A DNA stretch of 64,000 nt from Methylobacter sp. (GTDB taxonomy: Bacteria > Pseudomonadota > Gammaproteobacteria > Methylococcales > Methylomonadaceae), in the NCBI RefSeq assembly GCF_023227905.1, contig NZ_JALOCF010000012.1, positions 32,618 to 96,617 on the forward strand, written 5' to 3'. The notes beneath the pieces are model-generated. The model was not told the origin of the DNA and made no database searches. It saw nothing but the letters and a program-made list of their open reading frames with translations. This document shows, piece by piece, positions 41,047-51,227 of the stretch (position 1 is the first letter of the stretch; each line of letters begins with the position of its first letter). Position numbers and translations under genes: made by a program.

Positions 41047-42450
41047 TTATTTCCAATCACCGACTGCTTTTTTCAATGCCGCTTCGGCGCTCAGTGCGTC
41101 GTAATACGCTGCAATCGTATTGGAATGGGCCCTGTTTTTGGCTACTTCAGCTTCGATATAACGCGTGACCACCACGGTTTCGGCACGCCGCTGTTCGTTA
41201 ACCAGTCTTAACGCTTCCTCGGCAGCGGCCACCGATGCTTCGGCAACACGCATGCGCGCCAGGGCTTCTTGGAGCTTCAGAAAAGCGGTTTTAACTTCTT
41301 GTTCGATAGCCAGTTTTGTTTTGCGTTCCGTTTCACGGGCTTCGGCGGCTTTTCGTTCCGCAGCGCTGACTCGATTTTTGGTTTCCAGCCCGGAAAACAG
41401 ATCCATTTCGACGCTGACTCCGGCAGTGACATTATCCTTGCTGCTGTAAAATCCGGGAGATTCGCTGTTCTGACCGTAACTGACATAAGCATCCGCCTTG
41501 GGCAAATAAGCGCCCTGCGCGCTTTTAACCCGACGCTGGCTGATTTCCACCTGATTGGCGGCCGCTTTAACTTCCGGGCGTTGCGTCATGGCAAGCTCAA
41601 GCAAGTCGTTAAACGAAGCGCTCAACTTGGCTTCGGGCAGCATCGAAGACGACGCGACAGTAAATGCTTGATCCGCTGACAGGCCCAACAACGTCGCGAG
41701 GCCGGTTTTGGAAAGCTCGATGCCGTTGGCGGCCCTGATCTGGGCTTCCTGCGCTTCAGCCAGTTTAACTTCCAGCGATAAAACATCGGATTTAAGTACG
41801 GTTCCGGCTTCGTACCTGAGTTTGGTTTGCTTTAACTCGCTGGCAATTGCCGAAATGGAATCCTGAGCGACTTTATGCGCTTCCTGCGCAGCCAAATAGG
41901 CGTAATACGAAGCGGTGACGGCTTCAATCAAGGCATTGCGCACGGTTGAGCGCTCAAACTCCGCCGCATCGATTCCCAGCTCCGCGGCCTTGCTGTTTTG
42001 ATAATCCTGCCCGCCACGGAACAAGGATAATTTGCCTATGATTTCAGGACGAAAGTTTTGCCGGTAACCGGGATTATTGATGTTATTGATCGAGTCGGAA
42101 GTAAATTCCCTTTGCGACACAATCATCGAAAAGACTTGAGCTGGATTATTGGAATGGTCATAGCCGACTTTGGCAGTTACTTGCGGATAAAACGCAGACA
42201 GTGCAACACCTAACTGAGCCTCAGCTTGGCCGATGCGTTCCGCGGCGATTTGCATGTCGGGGTTATTGATTAATGCGTGCTCAATCGCCTGGTCCAGTGT
42301 AAATGATTGAGTGCTGGATTTTTGCGGTGTAGCTTTATCGGCAGGGTTCTGGGGGCTTTGTTCCGCTGTTGCTGTAACACTCGACAGCATGAGTATCGGT
42401 AACAGACTCAATGCCAGTTTGTTTTTTATTGTTTTAAGCATCATCTTCAC
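41047..42450 (-). CDS. TolC-family outer membrane efflux protein
   Basis: Signal peptide, TLDQAIEHALINNP, two OEP repeats. Confidence 0.93.
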   Translation of the reverse strand: MKMMLKTIKNKLALSLLPILMLSSVTATAEQSPQNPADKATPQKSSTQSFTLDQAIEHALINNPDMQIAAERIGQAEAQLGVALSAFYPQVTAKVGYDHSNNPAQVFSMIVSQREFTSDSINNINNPGYRQNFRPEIIGKLSLFRGGQDYQNSKAAELGIDAAEFERSTVRNALIEAVTASYYAYLAAQEAHKVAQDSISAIASELKQTKLRYEAGTVLKSDVLSLEVKLAEAQEAQIRAANGIELSKTGLATLLGLSADQAFTVASSSMLPEAKLSASFNDLLELAMTQRPEVKAAANQVEISQRRVKSAQGAYLPKADAYVSYGQNSESPGFYSSKDNVTAGVSVEMDLFSGLETKNRVSAAERKAAEARETERKTKLAIEQEVKTAFLKLQEALARMRVAEASVAAAEEALRLVNEQRRAETVVVTRYIEAEVAKNRAHSNTIAAYYDALSAEAALKKAVGDWK

Positions 42451-42623
42451 GTACCTGTTAAGAATGTGAAACAGTCTTGCGCTGGTTCGAAAGCGCCAGC
42501 CTTCAGTATCTCAGAAAGGTAGAGCTTCCCGAACAGCGTTCCCAAGCTCCAAGCTTGGGAACGCGCGAAAAGTCCGTTTAAATCGGCGTTATCCGAGGCT
42601 ATTCTATGACTTGACTCATGCAA

Positions 42624-42824
42624 TCAAAATGCAGTGCCCGGTTTAAATCCTAATTTTTTAAGTATGATTGCCATCGGACAAAATCCTGTAAATGCCGACT
42701 GCAACAAGTTAGCGCCGACAAAAGCGGTAAACCATAGCCATAATTCAGAATGATAATGCGCCAGTAACAAGCTAATCAAAATAAAACCGCCGGCCACGGC
42801 AAAGATTGCGCGATCAATATTCAT
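42624..42824 (-). CDS. DUF2892 (YgaP-like) membrane protein
   Basis: [16 protein letters not shown] motif, 66 aa. Confidence 0.9.
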   Translation of the reverse strand: MNIDRAIFAVAGGFILISLLLAHYHSELWLWFTAFVGANLLQSAFTGFCPMAIILKKLGFKPGTAF

Positions 42825-42825
42825 C

Positions 42826-44106
42826 TTATTTTCCTTTTAACCGGACTATGCCTATTAATTTGAGCATGAACCTTTCATAAAACGGTTCACTGATGCCTTT
42901 CCTAATTTTACGCATGAAATATTTTTCGAAGATAATTTTGGCTAGATGCACCCATTTACCTTGCGCAGACCAGGTAACATTACGCGGTGGAATTTGCGGC
43001 TTAGCCAAAAATGCTACGCCGGAATCGCCAAAGTCGGCCAAGCATAAAGCATTCAATGTTGCTTTATGGGTCGGCTCCTTGCCCGCCAATTCATCGGCAA
43101 TATTATGCGCGGCGGCCGTCACCATCGACTCGATCATATAGCCGGTTTTTGGCGCTCCAACCGGTACCGGCGTCGGTTCAACAGGCGGAATGGCGATACA
43201 AACGCCGACAGAATAAATATTTTTGAAAGTTTTATTGCGCTGATACTCGTCCACTATAACAAAGCCTCGTGGGTTAACCAGCCCCTCAACGTCCACATTA
43301 CGCACTGCGTCAACGCCGGTAAAGGCCGGCAGCATCATCGAATGCTTAAACGGCAACTCATGTTTTTTCTTTTCCTTGCCTTCATCATCGACTTCAGTCA
43401 CGTACATCATGCCGGACTCGATTTTGTCGACCTTGGCATTGGTAATCCATTTGACGGTCTTGTCACGCAAAGCGCTTTCTAGCAGGCCTTTGGTATCGCC
43501 GACGCCGCCTAAGCCCAAATGCCCGATATAAGGTTCCGCGGTAACAAAAGTCATCGGCACTTTGTCGCGAATATTTCTTTTGCGTAATTCGGTTTCAATA
43601 ATCATTAAATATTCATAGGCTGGGCCATAGCAGGATGCTCCCTGAACCGCGCCGATAACAATCGGACCGGGATCTGCCATGAACTTGTCCCAATCCCCGA
43701 TAGCCGCCTCGGCGTGATCGACGTGACAGACTGATGAGGTATAGCCGTCAGGCCCTAAGCCGGGGACTTCATCGAAGGCCAAGCGCGGCCCTGTCGCAAT
43801 AACCAGGAAGTCGTAAGCAACGGCCGAGCCGTCATCCAGCAGCACCTGATTATTTGCGGGGTCGACCTTTGCAGCGGCCTTTTGGATGAATTCGATACCT
43901 TTCTTTTTCATCACCGGCGCCAGCTCGATCTTTAAATCTTCAGGTTTGCGCCATTTAGGTGGAATCCAGGGATTCGACGGAACGAAATGAAAAGTGGGCG
44001 TATCGGAAATCACAATGACATCATGACTTTTCCCTACCGTTTCCTTCATTTCATAAGCCATCGGTACGCCGCCGATACCTGCGCCTAAAACTACAATACG
44101 AGCCAT
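42826..44106 (-). CDS. sqr: Sulfide:quinone oxidoreductase (type I-like)
   Basis: [40 protein letters not shown]. Confidence 0.92.
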   Translation of the reverse strand: MARIVVLGAGIGGVPMAYEMKETVGKSHDVIVISDTPTFHFVPSNPWIPPKWRKPEDLKIELAPVMKKKGIEFIQKAAAKVDPANNQVLLDDGSAVAYDFLVIATGPRLAFDEVPGLGPDGYTSSVCHVDHAEAAIGDWDKFMADPGPIVIGAVQGASCYGPAYEYLMIIETELRKRNIRDKVPMTFVTAEPYIGHLGLGGVGDTKGLLESALRDKTVKWITNAKVDKIESGMMYVTEVDDEGKEKKKHELPFKHSMMLPAFTGVDAVRNVDVEGLVNPRGFVIVDEYQRNKTFKNIYSVGVCIAIPPVEPTPVPVGAPKTGYMIESMVTAAAHNIADELAGKEPTHKATLNALCLADFGDSGVAFLAKPQIPPRNVTWSAQGKWVHLAKIIFEKYFMRKIRKGISEPFYERFMLKLIGIVRLKGK

Positions 44107-44143
44107 GATAATCTCCTCATAATAGTTACTACTATGTTTCTTG

Positions 44144-44175
44144 TATTTTCAATTAATCCCGGTTAATTGAAAATA
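44144..44175. promoter_or_regulatory. Perfect 13-bp inverted repeat in the sqr/cydA divergent region (putative operator)
   Basis: TATTTTCAATTAA-TCCCGG-TTAATTGAAAATA. Confidence 0.55.
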
Positions 44176-44460
44176 TCATTAAAGTGAAGCGATACCAACA
44201 CTGAGCAGTAATTAGAGTTCCCGTAACCGATCAGACAGAAGTACCGAAAGCTTAAAAATAAGTTTGTATATTAGCAAGTGCTGATAGACAATAACACAAT
44301 ACTCTCTTTGCATCCAAGTGCAAATGTTAGTGTAAGCTAAAACTCAGGCAGAGTTGCCTTTTTAAATATATTGCTTTAAAACACAAGAGACATTGGCATA
44401 CATAGTCAGCGTCACTTTTCTCAAGTTCCGATCTACAAGATTCCAAATCAAGGGGAATTT

Positions 44461-46017
44461 ATGATTTCAGAGGCTGTGGTTGATCTATCTCGCTGGCAGT
44501 TTGCGGCAACTTCTCTTTACCATTTTTTGTTTGTTCCGTTGACATTAGGTTTATCGTTTTTATTGGCGATTATGGAATCGACCTATGTCATGACCGGCAA
44601 ACAAATTTACAAGGATATGACCCAGTTCTGGGGAAAATTATTCGGCATCAATTTTGCGCTGGGCGTGACGACCGGCCTGACCATGGAGTTCCAGTTCGGC
44701 ATGAACTGGTCGTATTTCTCGCATTATGTCGGCGATATTTTCGGCGCGCCGCTTGCCATCGAGGGTTTGATGGCGTTTTTCCTGGAATCTACCTTTGTCG
44801 GCCTGTTTTTCTTTGGCTGGGATAAATTAAGCAAAGGACAGCATTTAATGGTGACTTGGCTGGTCGCTTTAGGCAGCAACTTATCTGCATTGTGGATTCT
44901 GATCGCTAACGGTTGGATGCAATTCCCGACTGGAGCGTACTTTAATTATGAAACCATGCGTATGGAACTCTCCAGCTTTGCCGATCTGTTACTTAATCCG
45001 GCTGCTCAGGTCAAATTTGTCCATACCGTTGCCGCAGGTTACACCACCGCTTCTGCTTTCGTGCTGGGCATCAGCGCTTACTACATGCTCAAAGGTCGCG
45101 ATGCCGCCTTTGCGCAACGCTCTTACACCATAGCGGCGGGCTTTGGTCTGGCCGCCATCCTGTCGGTTATCGTGTTGGGCGACGAAAGCGGTTATACCGA
45201 CGGCGAGGTACAAGAAACCAAACTGGCCGCTATTGAAGCAGAATGGCATACTGAAGAGGCACCCGCGGCATTTACGGCTATCGGTATTCCAGACCAGGAA
45301 GCCATGGAAACGCGCTACGCCATAAAAATCCCCTGGTTATTAGGTCTGATCGGTACGCGTTCCATTGACGAGCCGGTTATCGGTATATCGGAGATTATGG
45401 AAAGGAACCGTTTACGTATCCATAACGGCATGAAGGCTTACGGACTGCTGCAAAACTTAAGAGAAGGCAACAAAGATCCCATTGTCCGGGCCGAGTTTGA
45501 ACACTATAAACAAGATCTGGGTTTCGGTCTGTTGCTTAAACGTTATACAGAAAAAGTAGTCGATGCGACCGATCAGCAAATAGAACTGGCAGTGCAGTAT
45601 TCAATACCTCGAGTCGTGCCTTTATTCTGGACTTTTCGGGTCATGGTGGCTTGCGGATTTATCATGTTGGTGATCTTTGTTTTAGCGGTTGTCGCCAGCT
45701 CAATTCGTAAGTGCCGACAAGACTGGTTATTACGTGCCAGCCTTTATATGATTCCTTTACCCTGGATTGCCTCTGAACTGGGCTGGTTTGTGGCCGAATT
45801 TGGTCGTCAACCGTGGACTATTGCGGAGATTTTACCAACCTTTTTAAGCACATCCTCCCTTACCGAACTGGATATCTACCTGAGTCTGTCAGGCTATATC
45901 GGTTTATATACGGTATTTTTGATCATCGAAATGTTCTTGATGCTCAAATTCATCAAGTTAGGTCCCAGCAGCCTGCATACAGGCCGTTACCACTTTGAAA
46001 TCGCCACAGGAGCATAA
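44461..46017 (+). CDS. cydA: Cytochrome bd ubiquinol oxidase subunit I (long Q-loop)
   Basis: LSRWQFA..YHFLFVP, KLAAIEAEW, EFGRQPW. Confidence 0.97.
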   Translation: MISEAVVDLSRWQFAATSLYHFLFVPLTLGLSFLLAIMESTYVMTGKQIYKDMTQFWGKLFGINFALGVTTGLTMEFQFGMNWSYFSHYVGDIFGAPLAIEGLMAFFLESTFVGLFFFGWDKLSKGQHLMVTWLVALGSNLSALWILIANGWMQFPTGAYFNYETMRMELSSFADLLLNPAAQVKFVHTVAAGYTTASAFVLGISAYYMLKGRDAAFAQRSYTIAAGFGLAAILSVIVLGDESGYTDGEVQETKLAAIEAEWHTEEAPAAFTAIGIPDQEAMETRYAIKIPWLLGLIGTRSIDEPVIGISEIMERNRLRIHNGMKAYGLLQNLREGNKDPIVRAEFEHYKQDLGFGLLLKRYTEKVVDATDQQIELAVQYSIPRVVPLFWTFRVMVACGFIMLVIFVLAVVASSIRKCRQDWLLRASLYMIPLPWIASELGWFVAEFGRQPWTIAEILPTFLSTSSLTELDIYLSLSGYIGLYTVFLIIEMFLMLKFIKLGPSSLHTGRYHFEIATGA

Positions 46018-46019
46018 CT

Positions 46020-47189
46020 ATGACTTTCGACTATGAATCCATGCGCTTGATCTGGTGGGCCCTGTTAGGCGTTTTGTTGATCGGCTTCGCCATTACCGAC
46101 GGCTATGATATGGGCGTAGGCATCTTATTACCCTTTTTAGGCAAAAACGATACCGAACGCCGCATCATTATTGATTCAATAGGCACGACCTGGGAAGGCC
46201 ACCAGGTCTGGTTTATCACTGCGGGCGGCGCGTTATTTGCCGCCTGGCCTGCCGCTTATGCCGTAGCCTTTTCAGGGTTTTATTTTGCGCTGCTGCTGAC
46301 CTTGTTTGCGCTGTTTATGCGACCGATAGGTTTCGATTACCGCAACAAATTGCCCAGCCAGAAATGGCGCAACAACTGGGATATTGCGTTATTTATCGGC
46401 GGCTTTGTACCGGCATTAATCTTCGGCGTTGCTTTCGGCAATTTACTGCAAGGCGTACCGTTCCACTTGGATAACGATATGCGCATTTTTTATACCGGAT
46501 CATTCTGGGCACTATTAAACCCTTTTGCATTAGCGTCGGGACTGATTAGTTTATCGATGCTGATTATGCACGGAGCCGTCTATCTACAGCTTAAAACTGA
46601 GGGCAATATTAATCGGCGTTGTAAAAAAGTGGTTACTGTTTCCACAGTCATCGCACTCGCAATTTTTGCTGCGGCGGGTATCTGGGTTTCCAATATTGAC
46701 GGTTACCAGATCACTTCCGAAGTTTTCCCTAACGCACAGTCCAACCCATTGACAAAAATTGTCCAGAAAGCACCGGGGTTATGGCTAGATAACTACGAAA
46801 GTTATCCAGTGTTGTGGACTATTCCTGCACTGGCTTTTGTCGCCGGTGCTGTGACTATTCTGCTATCAAAAATTGAACGCCCGGGGCTGGCGTTTATAAC
46901 CAGCTCATTAGCAGTCACTTCCATCATTTTAACCGCGGGTGTAGCGATGTTTCCTTTCCTGCTGCCGTCAAGCTCAGCTTCGAATAGCTCATTGACCGTG
47001 TGGGATGCCAGTTCCAGCCTTAGCACTTTAAAAATCATGTTCTGGGCGGCGGTGATTTTTTTACCCATCATTGGCGCTTACACCACCTGGGTATTTCGTG
47101 TATTGCGCGGCAAGATAACGGCGGAGCAAATTCATGAGGTTGATATAACGCCGGAACAGAATCATCAAACCGATCGTACGGCTATTTAG
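46020..47189 (+). CDS. cydB: Cytochrome bd ubiquinol oxidase subunit II
   Basis: DGYDMGVG, WEGHQVW, LTVWDASSS. Confidence 0.96.
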   Translation: MTFDYESMRLIWWALLGVLLIGFAITDGYDMGVGILLPFLGKNDTERRIIIDSIGTTWEGHQVWFITAGGALFAAWPAAYAVAFSGFYFALLLTLFALFMRPIGFDYRNKLPSQKWRNNWDIALFIGGFVPALIFGVAFGNLLQGVPFHLDNDMRIFYTGSFWALLNPFALASGLISLSMLIMHGAVYLQLKTEGNINRRCKKVVTVSTVIALAIFAAAGIWVSNIDGYQITSEVFPNAQSNPLTKIVQKAPGLWLDNYESYPVLWTIPALAFVAGAVTILLSKIERPGLAFITSSLAVTSIILTAGVAMFPFLLPSSSASNSSLTVWDASSSLSTLKIMFWAAVIFLPIIGAYTTWVFRVLRGKITAEQIHEVDITPEQNHQTDRTAI

Positions 47190-47198
47190 GAGATAACT

Positions 47199-47771
47199 AT
47201 GTGGTATTTCACTTGGATACTGGGAGTATTGCTGGCCTGCTCATTAGGCATTATCAATGTGCTTCGGCTGGAGGCGCAGGAAACATGGGATAAGGAACAT
47301 ATTCCCCTGGACCCGTTAACCCAGTTGATAACAAAAGAGACAATGCGGGTCCGTTTAAAAGAAAAAATCGAGAACTCCAAACGCAACGGTTTTCCATTTT
47401 CCGTTCTTTTTATCAGCTTAAATAATTTTAAAGCCAAGAATAATTTATCCGACTTTGAAATGGACGCCGTGTTACGCAACGTAGCCGACTGTTTTCAGGA
47501 AGACATCAGACCGGGCGTTGATATTGCCGCGAGAATGGGTGACCAGGATTTTCTTATTGCACTGCCCGGTTCTCCATTAAAAAAAGCCGAGCAGGTCGCG
47601 GCGCAGATTAAACATGAAATTACAGCATGTGTTAAAGCGCCCCATCTGGTTGTTGATGTGGGCACAGGGGTTGCGGAATACTCCTCGCCCACCGCTCCTG
47701 ATGAACTTTCCGCTACAGCGAATGAAGTGGACGAATTGATCAGAATTGCAGCAGAAAAGAGCAACGCTTAA
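47199..47771 (+). CDS. cydX: CydX peptide fused to a degenerate GGDEF domain
   Basis: N-terminus MWYFTWILGVLLACSLGIINVLRLE matches CydX; continues in frame with LDPLTQL...NNFK...IAARMGDQDF...GVAEY. Confidence 0.85.
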   Translation: MWYFTWILGVLLACSLGIINVLRLEAQETWDKEHIPLDPLTQLITKETMRVRLKEKIENSKRNGFPFSVLFISLNNFKAKNNLSDFEMDAVLRNVADCFQEDIRPGVDIAARMGDQDFLIALPGSPLKKAEQVAAQIKHEITACVKAPHLVVDVGTGVAEYSSPTAPDELSATANEVDELIRIAAEKSNA

Positions 47772-47787
47772 ACCGAACTCACACTTC

Positions 47788-47815
47788 CCGGACGGATTTA
47801 CAAAAATCCGTCCGG
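47788..47815 (+). terminator. Terminator-like hairpin after the cyd operon
   Basis: CCGGACGGATTT-4nt-AAATCCGTCCGG. Confidence 0.65.
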
Positions 47816-48301
47816 CTTCAAGTTATATCTTGAATGCTCGTGTGTTCAGAATTTTTAATGCCACCGAAGGACGCGGAAAAATATAAAACCTCGTAAGTAA
47901 TCGAGCTAAAATTTTCCGGTATTTTGGAGTGCAAGCTCCGCCTAAAGCGCCTACTTTTGGTGCTTGCAAAGCAGGCAGAGCCTGCACTCCAGCTCTGAAC
48001 CTTAGCTGTAAACTTATATTCAGGCGCTTATCCTTCCTGGTAAAAACCGCTTAACAAAACCCTTAGCTGCGGCAGCGTCTGAGTACAACTCTGATGGTTA
48101 AATCGTTCATGATCACTAAAACCATTCTCAGCGTTTCCATATTGATATCGTCTTACACGGCCAAACATTACGGATGCCCGGAGGACAGTGAACGCAAAGA
48201 ACAAAAATAGCGATGTGTCTCCACCTAATTCGATGACAACAGCGGGCGTTGATATTTCGGATTATTGACTCGACCGTGAAGTTGCCCGGAAACGGCTTAA
48301 T

Positions 48302-50764
48302 CTACGTCCCGTTGACCACCCCGTTCTCGCGTAACAGTTTGATAAATTCGGCCTTGCGCAAGGGACGCCCGACATAATAGCCCTGAGCCAGATCGCAGCC
48401 ATGGTTGCGCAAGAACTCGAATTGCTCCTTAGTTTCTACGCCTTCCGCGACGACTTCGAGACCGAGCTTTTTGCCAACCGTGATGCTCGCTTCAACAATA
48501 GCCGCATCGTTGGCATCGTGGGTCAGGTCGTGCACAAAGCTCTGGTCGATCTTAAGCGCGTCCAGCGGAAAGCGTTTGAGATAGGACAGCGATGAATAGC
48601 CGGTACCAAAGTCGTCGATGGCAATGCGAACGCCCAAAGATCGTAATTTCTTCAAGGTATCGGCAGCAGCGACCGGATCCTGCATAACGATATTCTCGGT
48701 CACTTCCAGCTCCAGCGCATCCGCAGGCATGTTTTGCTGTTTCATGATATGGCCTACTTTGCGTAACAGTTCCGGGTCGCTAAACTGGGAGGCCGAGACA
48801 TTGACAGAAATGCGCATCCCCTGAAGCTCCATTTCCTTAAACTCGGCACAAGTCTGATTCAGCATCCATTCCCCCACCTGTATAATCAATCCGGATTCCT
48901 CCAGCATTGACACAAAACCAGCCGGCGGCACCAAACCGCGTTGCGGATGCTGCCAACGGATCAGCCCTTCCATTGCGACAATGCGGCCGGAACTAAGCTC
49001 CGCCTTAGGCTGGTAATAGACAATAAACTCATTATGTTTAAAGGCCAGGCGCAGATCGGTCTCCAGCGTCAGCAATTCGTGGCTGCGGGCGTTCATGTCC
49101 GGGGCATAGAAACGGTACTGGTTATGGCCCGCTCCGGCGGCCCGGTACATGGCGGTGCCGGCATTGCGCAGCAACTCTTCGACGCCGGTACCGTCATGCG
49201 GATAAATCGCGATGCCGGTACAGAAGGTGATGTAGGCGTCCTGCGCACCGAGCGACATCGACCGCTCAAAAGCGGCATAAATCTTGCGCAATACGGCTAA
49301 TATACTTTCAGAGCGGATCAGATCGCCCGCTATTATCGCGAATTCATCACCGCCGTAACGGGCAATGGTATCGTTAGGGCGTAAAGCCGCCTGTAGCCTA
49401 TCGGCAATCTGCTTGAGTAAGGAATCGCCGACTGCATGCCCCATGCTGTCATTGATCCGCTTAAAGTTATCAATATCCAGAAACAATACCGCCACGAAAT
49501 TATTGGCATGCCGGGCGCGCTCCATTTCTGCATTTAACCGGTCCATCAGCAAAATCCGGTTTGGCAGGCCGGTCAGAATGTCGTGAGTAGCCTGATGCTG
49601 CAATTCGGCTTCAAAACGTTTGCGTTCGGAAATATCGCGGGCAATTGTGGACAGGTATTCAACCTCGCCGGCTGCATCGCGATGTACCAGCAGGACTTGC
49701 GACACCGGGACTTCTATTTCGTCGATGCGCCGCAACGCGGTTTCCCCGGACCAACTGCCGGTACGGTAGGCGACAGGCAAGGCTTCGCTCTGCAATTTCT
49801 GCTTTATGCGTTCGGGAAACAGCTCAGTCAGGCAATATTTGCTCAGGTCCACTTTCGGATCGAGACCAAGCAAACGATAACCGGCATTATTGAGATACTG
49901 AAGGCAGCCGCCGGGATCGAGAATCGCGACCAAGTCAGTCGTGGCTTCCAGAATAGTTACCAGCTGAGCGCGCGCTTCGTCGGCCTTAACGCGTTCTGTG
50001 ATATCCCGTCCCGTAGAAACCAGATGGGTCACATGCCCCTGCTCGTCCTTCAAGGGCGTGATGACTTTCTCCTCATAAAACAGCTCGCCATTCTTTTTGC
50101 GATTAATCAAAGTTCCCCTGAATATCTCGCCCTTGGTCACCGTTTCCCAGATATCCTGATAAAAAGCCTGATCATGCCGGCCGGATTTTATCAATGAAGG
50201 TTTACCGTCTACGGCTTCAGCCCGGCTATAGCCGGTCATTCGCTCGAAAGCCGGATTGACATATTCAATAAAGCCGTTGGGATCGGTAATGAGTACGCTG
50301 TCGGCCGCCTGCTCCACAACCAGGGACAGCTTGCGCAGTCTCTGTTCGGTCTGACGGCGTTCCCGGCGCAGCTGTGCTTCCTGAAGCTCGCGCTCCACAG
50401 CCGGCATCAGGCGGGATAAATTACCTTTCATGACGTAATCCTGGGCGCCGGATTTCATCGCTTTCACGGCGGTATTTTCGCCGATCGTACCTGACACAAA
50501 GATGAAAGGAAGGTCGAGATCGTTCAGCCTGACCACTTCAAGCGCCCGCATACCGCTCAAATGCGGCATCGTATAATCGGACAGCACGATATCCCAGTGC
50601 TGTTGCAGTGCTTCGGTTAAAGCCTGTTCCGTCTCAACCCGCTGCCAATCGACAAGCCGCCCTGCTTCCTGCTCCAATTGATCCACTAGCAATAAGGTAT
50701 CATCCTCGGAGTCTTCAACAATCAGTATGCGCAATGGCTGTTTTATATTTATCGGCTCATCCAT
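48302..50764 (-). CDS. REC-PAS-PAS-GGDEF-EAL protein
   Basis: IVEDSEDD/DYTMP receiver, two PAS domains, RYGGDEF, EGL variant of EAL, DDFGTGYSSL; probable start MDEPIN. Confidence 0.92.
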   Translation of the reverse strand: MDEPINIKQPLRILIVEDSEDDTLLLVDQLEQEAGRLVDWQRVETEQALTEALQQHWDIVLSDYTMPHLSGMRALEVVRLNDLDLPFIFVSGTIGENTAVKAMKSGAQDYVMKGNLSRLMPAVERELQEAQLRRERRQTEQRLRKLSLVVEQAADSVLITDPNGFIEYVNPAFERMTGYSRAEAVDGKPSLIKSGRHDQAFYQDIWETVTKGEIFRGTLINRKKNGELFYEEKVITPLKDEQGHVTHLVSTGRDITERVKADEARAQLVTILEATTDLVAILDPGGCLQYLNNAGYRLLGLDPKVDLSKYCLTELFPERIKQKLQSEALPVAYRTGSWSGETALRRIDEIEVPVSQVLLVHRDAAGEVEYLSTIARDISERKRFEAELQHQATHDILTGLPNRILLMDRLNAEMERARHANNFVAVLFLDIDNFKRINDSMGHAVGDSLLKQIADRLQAALRPNDTIARYGGDEFAIIAGDLIRSESILAVLRKIYAAFERSMSLGAQDAYITFCTGIAIYPHDGTGVEELLRNAGTAMYRAAGAGHNQYRFYAPDMNARSHELLTLETDLRLAFKHNEFIVYYQPKAELSSGRIVAMEGLIRWQHPQRGLVPPAGFVSMLEESGLIIQVGEWMLNQTCAEFKEMELQGMRISVNVSASQFSDPELLRKVGHIMKQQNMPADALELEVTENIVMQDPVAAADTLKKLRSLGVRIAIDDFGTGYSSLSYLKRFPLDALKIDQSFVHDLTHDANDAAIVEASITVGKKLGLEVVAEGVETKEQFEFLRNHGCDLAQGYYVGRPLRKAEFIKLLRENGVVNGT

Positions 50765-50768
50765 GACA

Positions 50769-51227
50769 TCACCCTTTTGTGCAATCCGGACAACGAGGCG
50801 GCGGCTCATTGAGCAGTATCCAGTAAAGCCCGAGCTGGCCGGCTACCCGAACGAATTCGTCGAAGTCGACCGGTTTGCGGACATAGCTGTTGGCGCCCAG
50901 CATGTAACCTTTGAGCCGGTCCTCCTCTTCATTCGATGAAGTCAGCAGTACGACCGGCAGCAACTGGGTTAAGTCATTGTCGCGGATTCGGCGCAGCACT
51001 TCCAAGCCGTCGATTTTAGGCAGCTTCAGATCCAGCAGCACAACCAATGGCAAATCATTGGGATCGCGCCCGGCATAAATACCCATGGCAAACAGATAAT
51101 CCAGCGCCTCGGCGCCGTTGCGCGCCACCACTATGGTGTTATTGATGTTGTTTTTCTCGAAAGCATGCAGGGTAAGCTCCTCATCATCAGGATTGTCCTC
51201 TACCAAAAGAATGACCTTATTTTTCAT
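50769..51227 (-). CDS. Single-domain response regulator
   Basis: [25 protein letters not shown]. Confidence 0.93.
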   Translation of the reverse strand: MKNKVILLVEDNPDDEELTLHAFEKNNINNTIVVARNGAEALDYLFAMGIYAGRDPNDLPLVVLLDLKLPKIDGLEVLRRIRDNDLTQLLPVVLLTSSNEEEDRLKGYMLGANSYVRKPVDFDEFVRVAGQLGLYWILLNEPPPRCPDCTKG

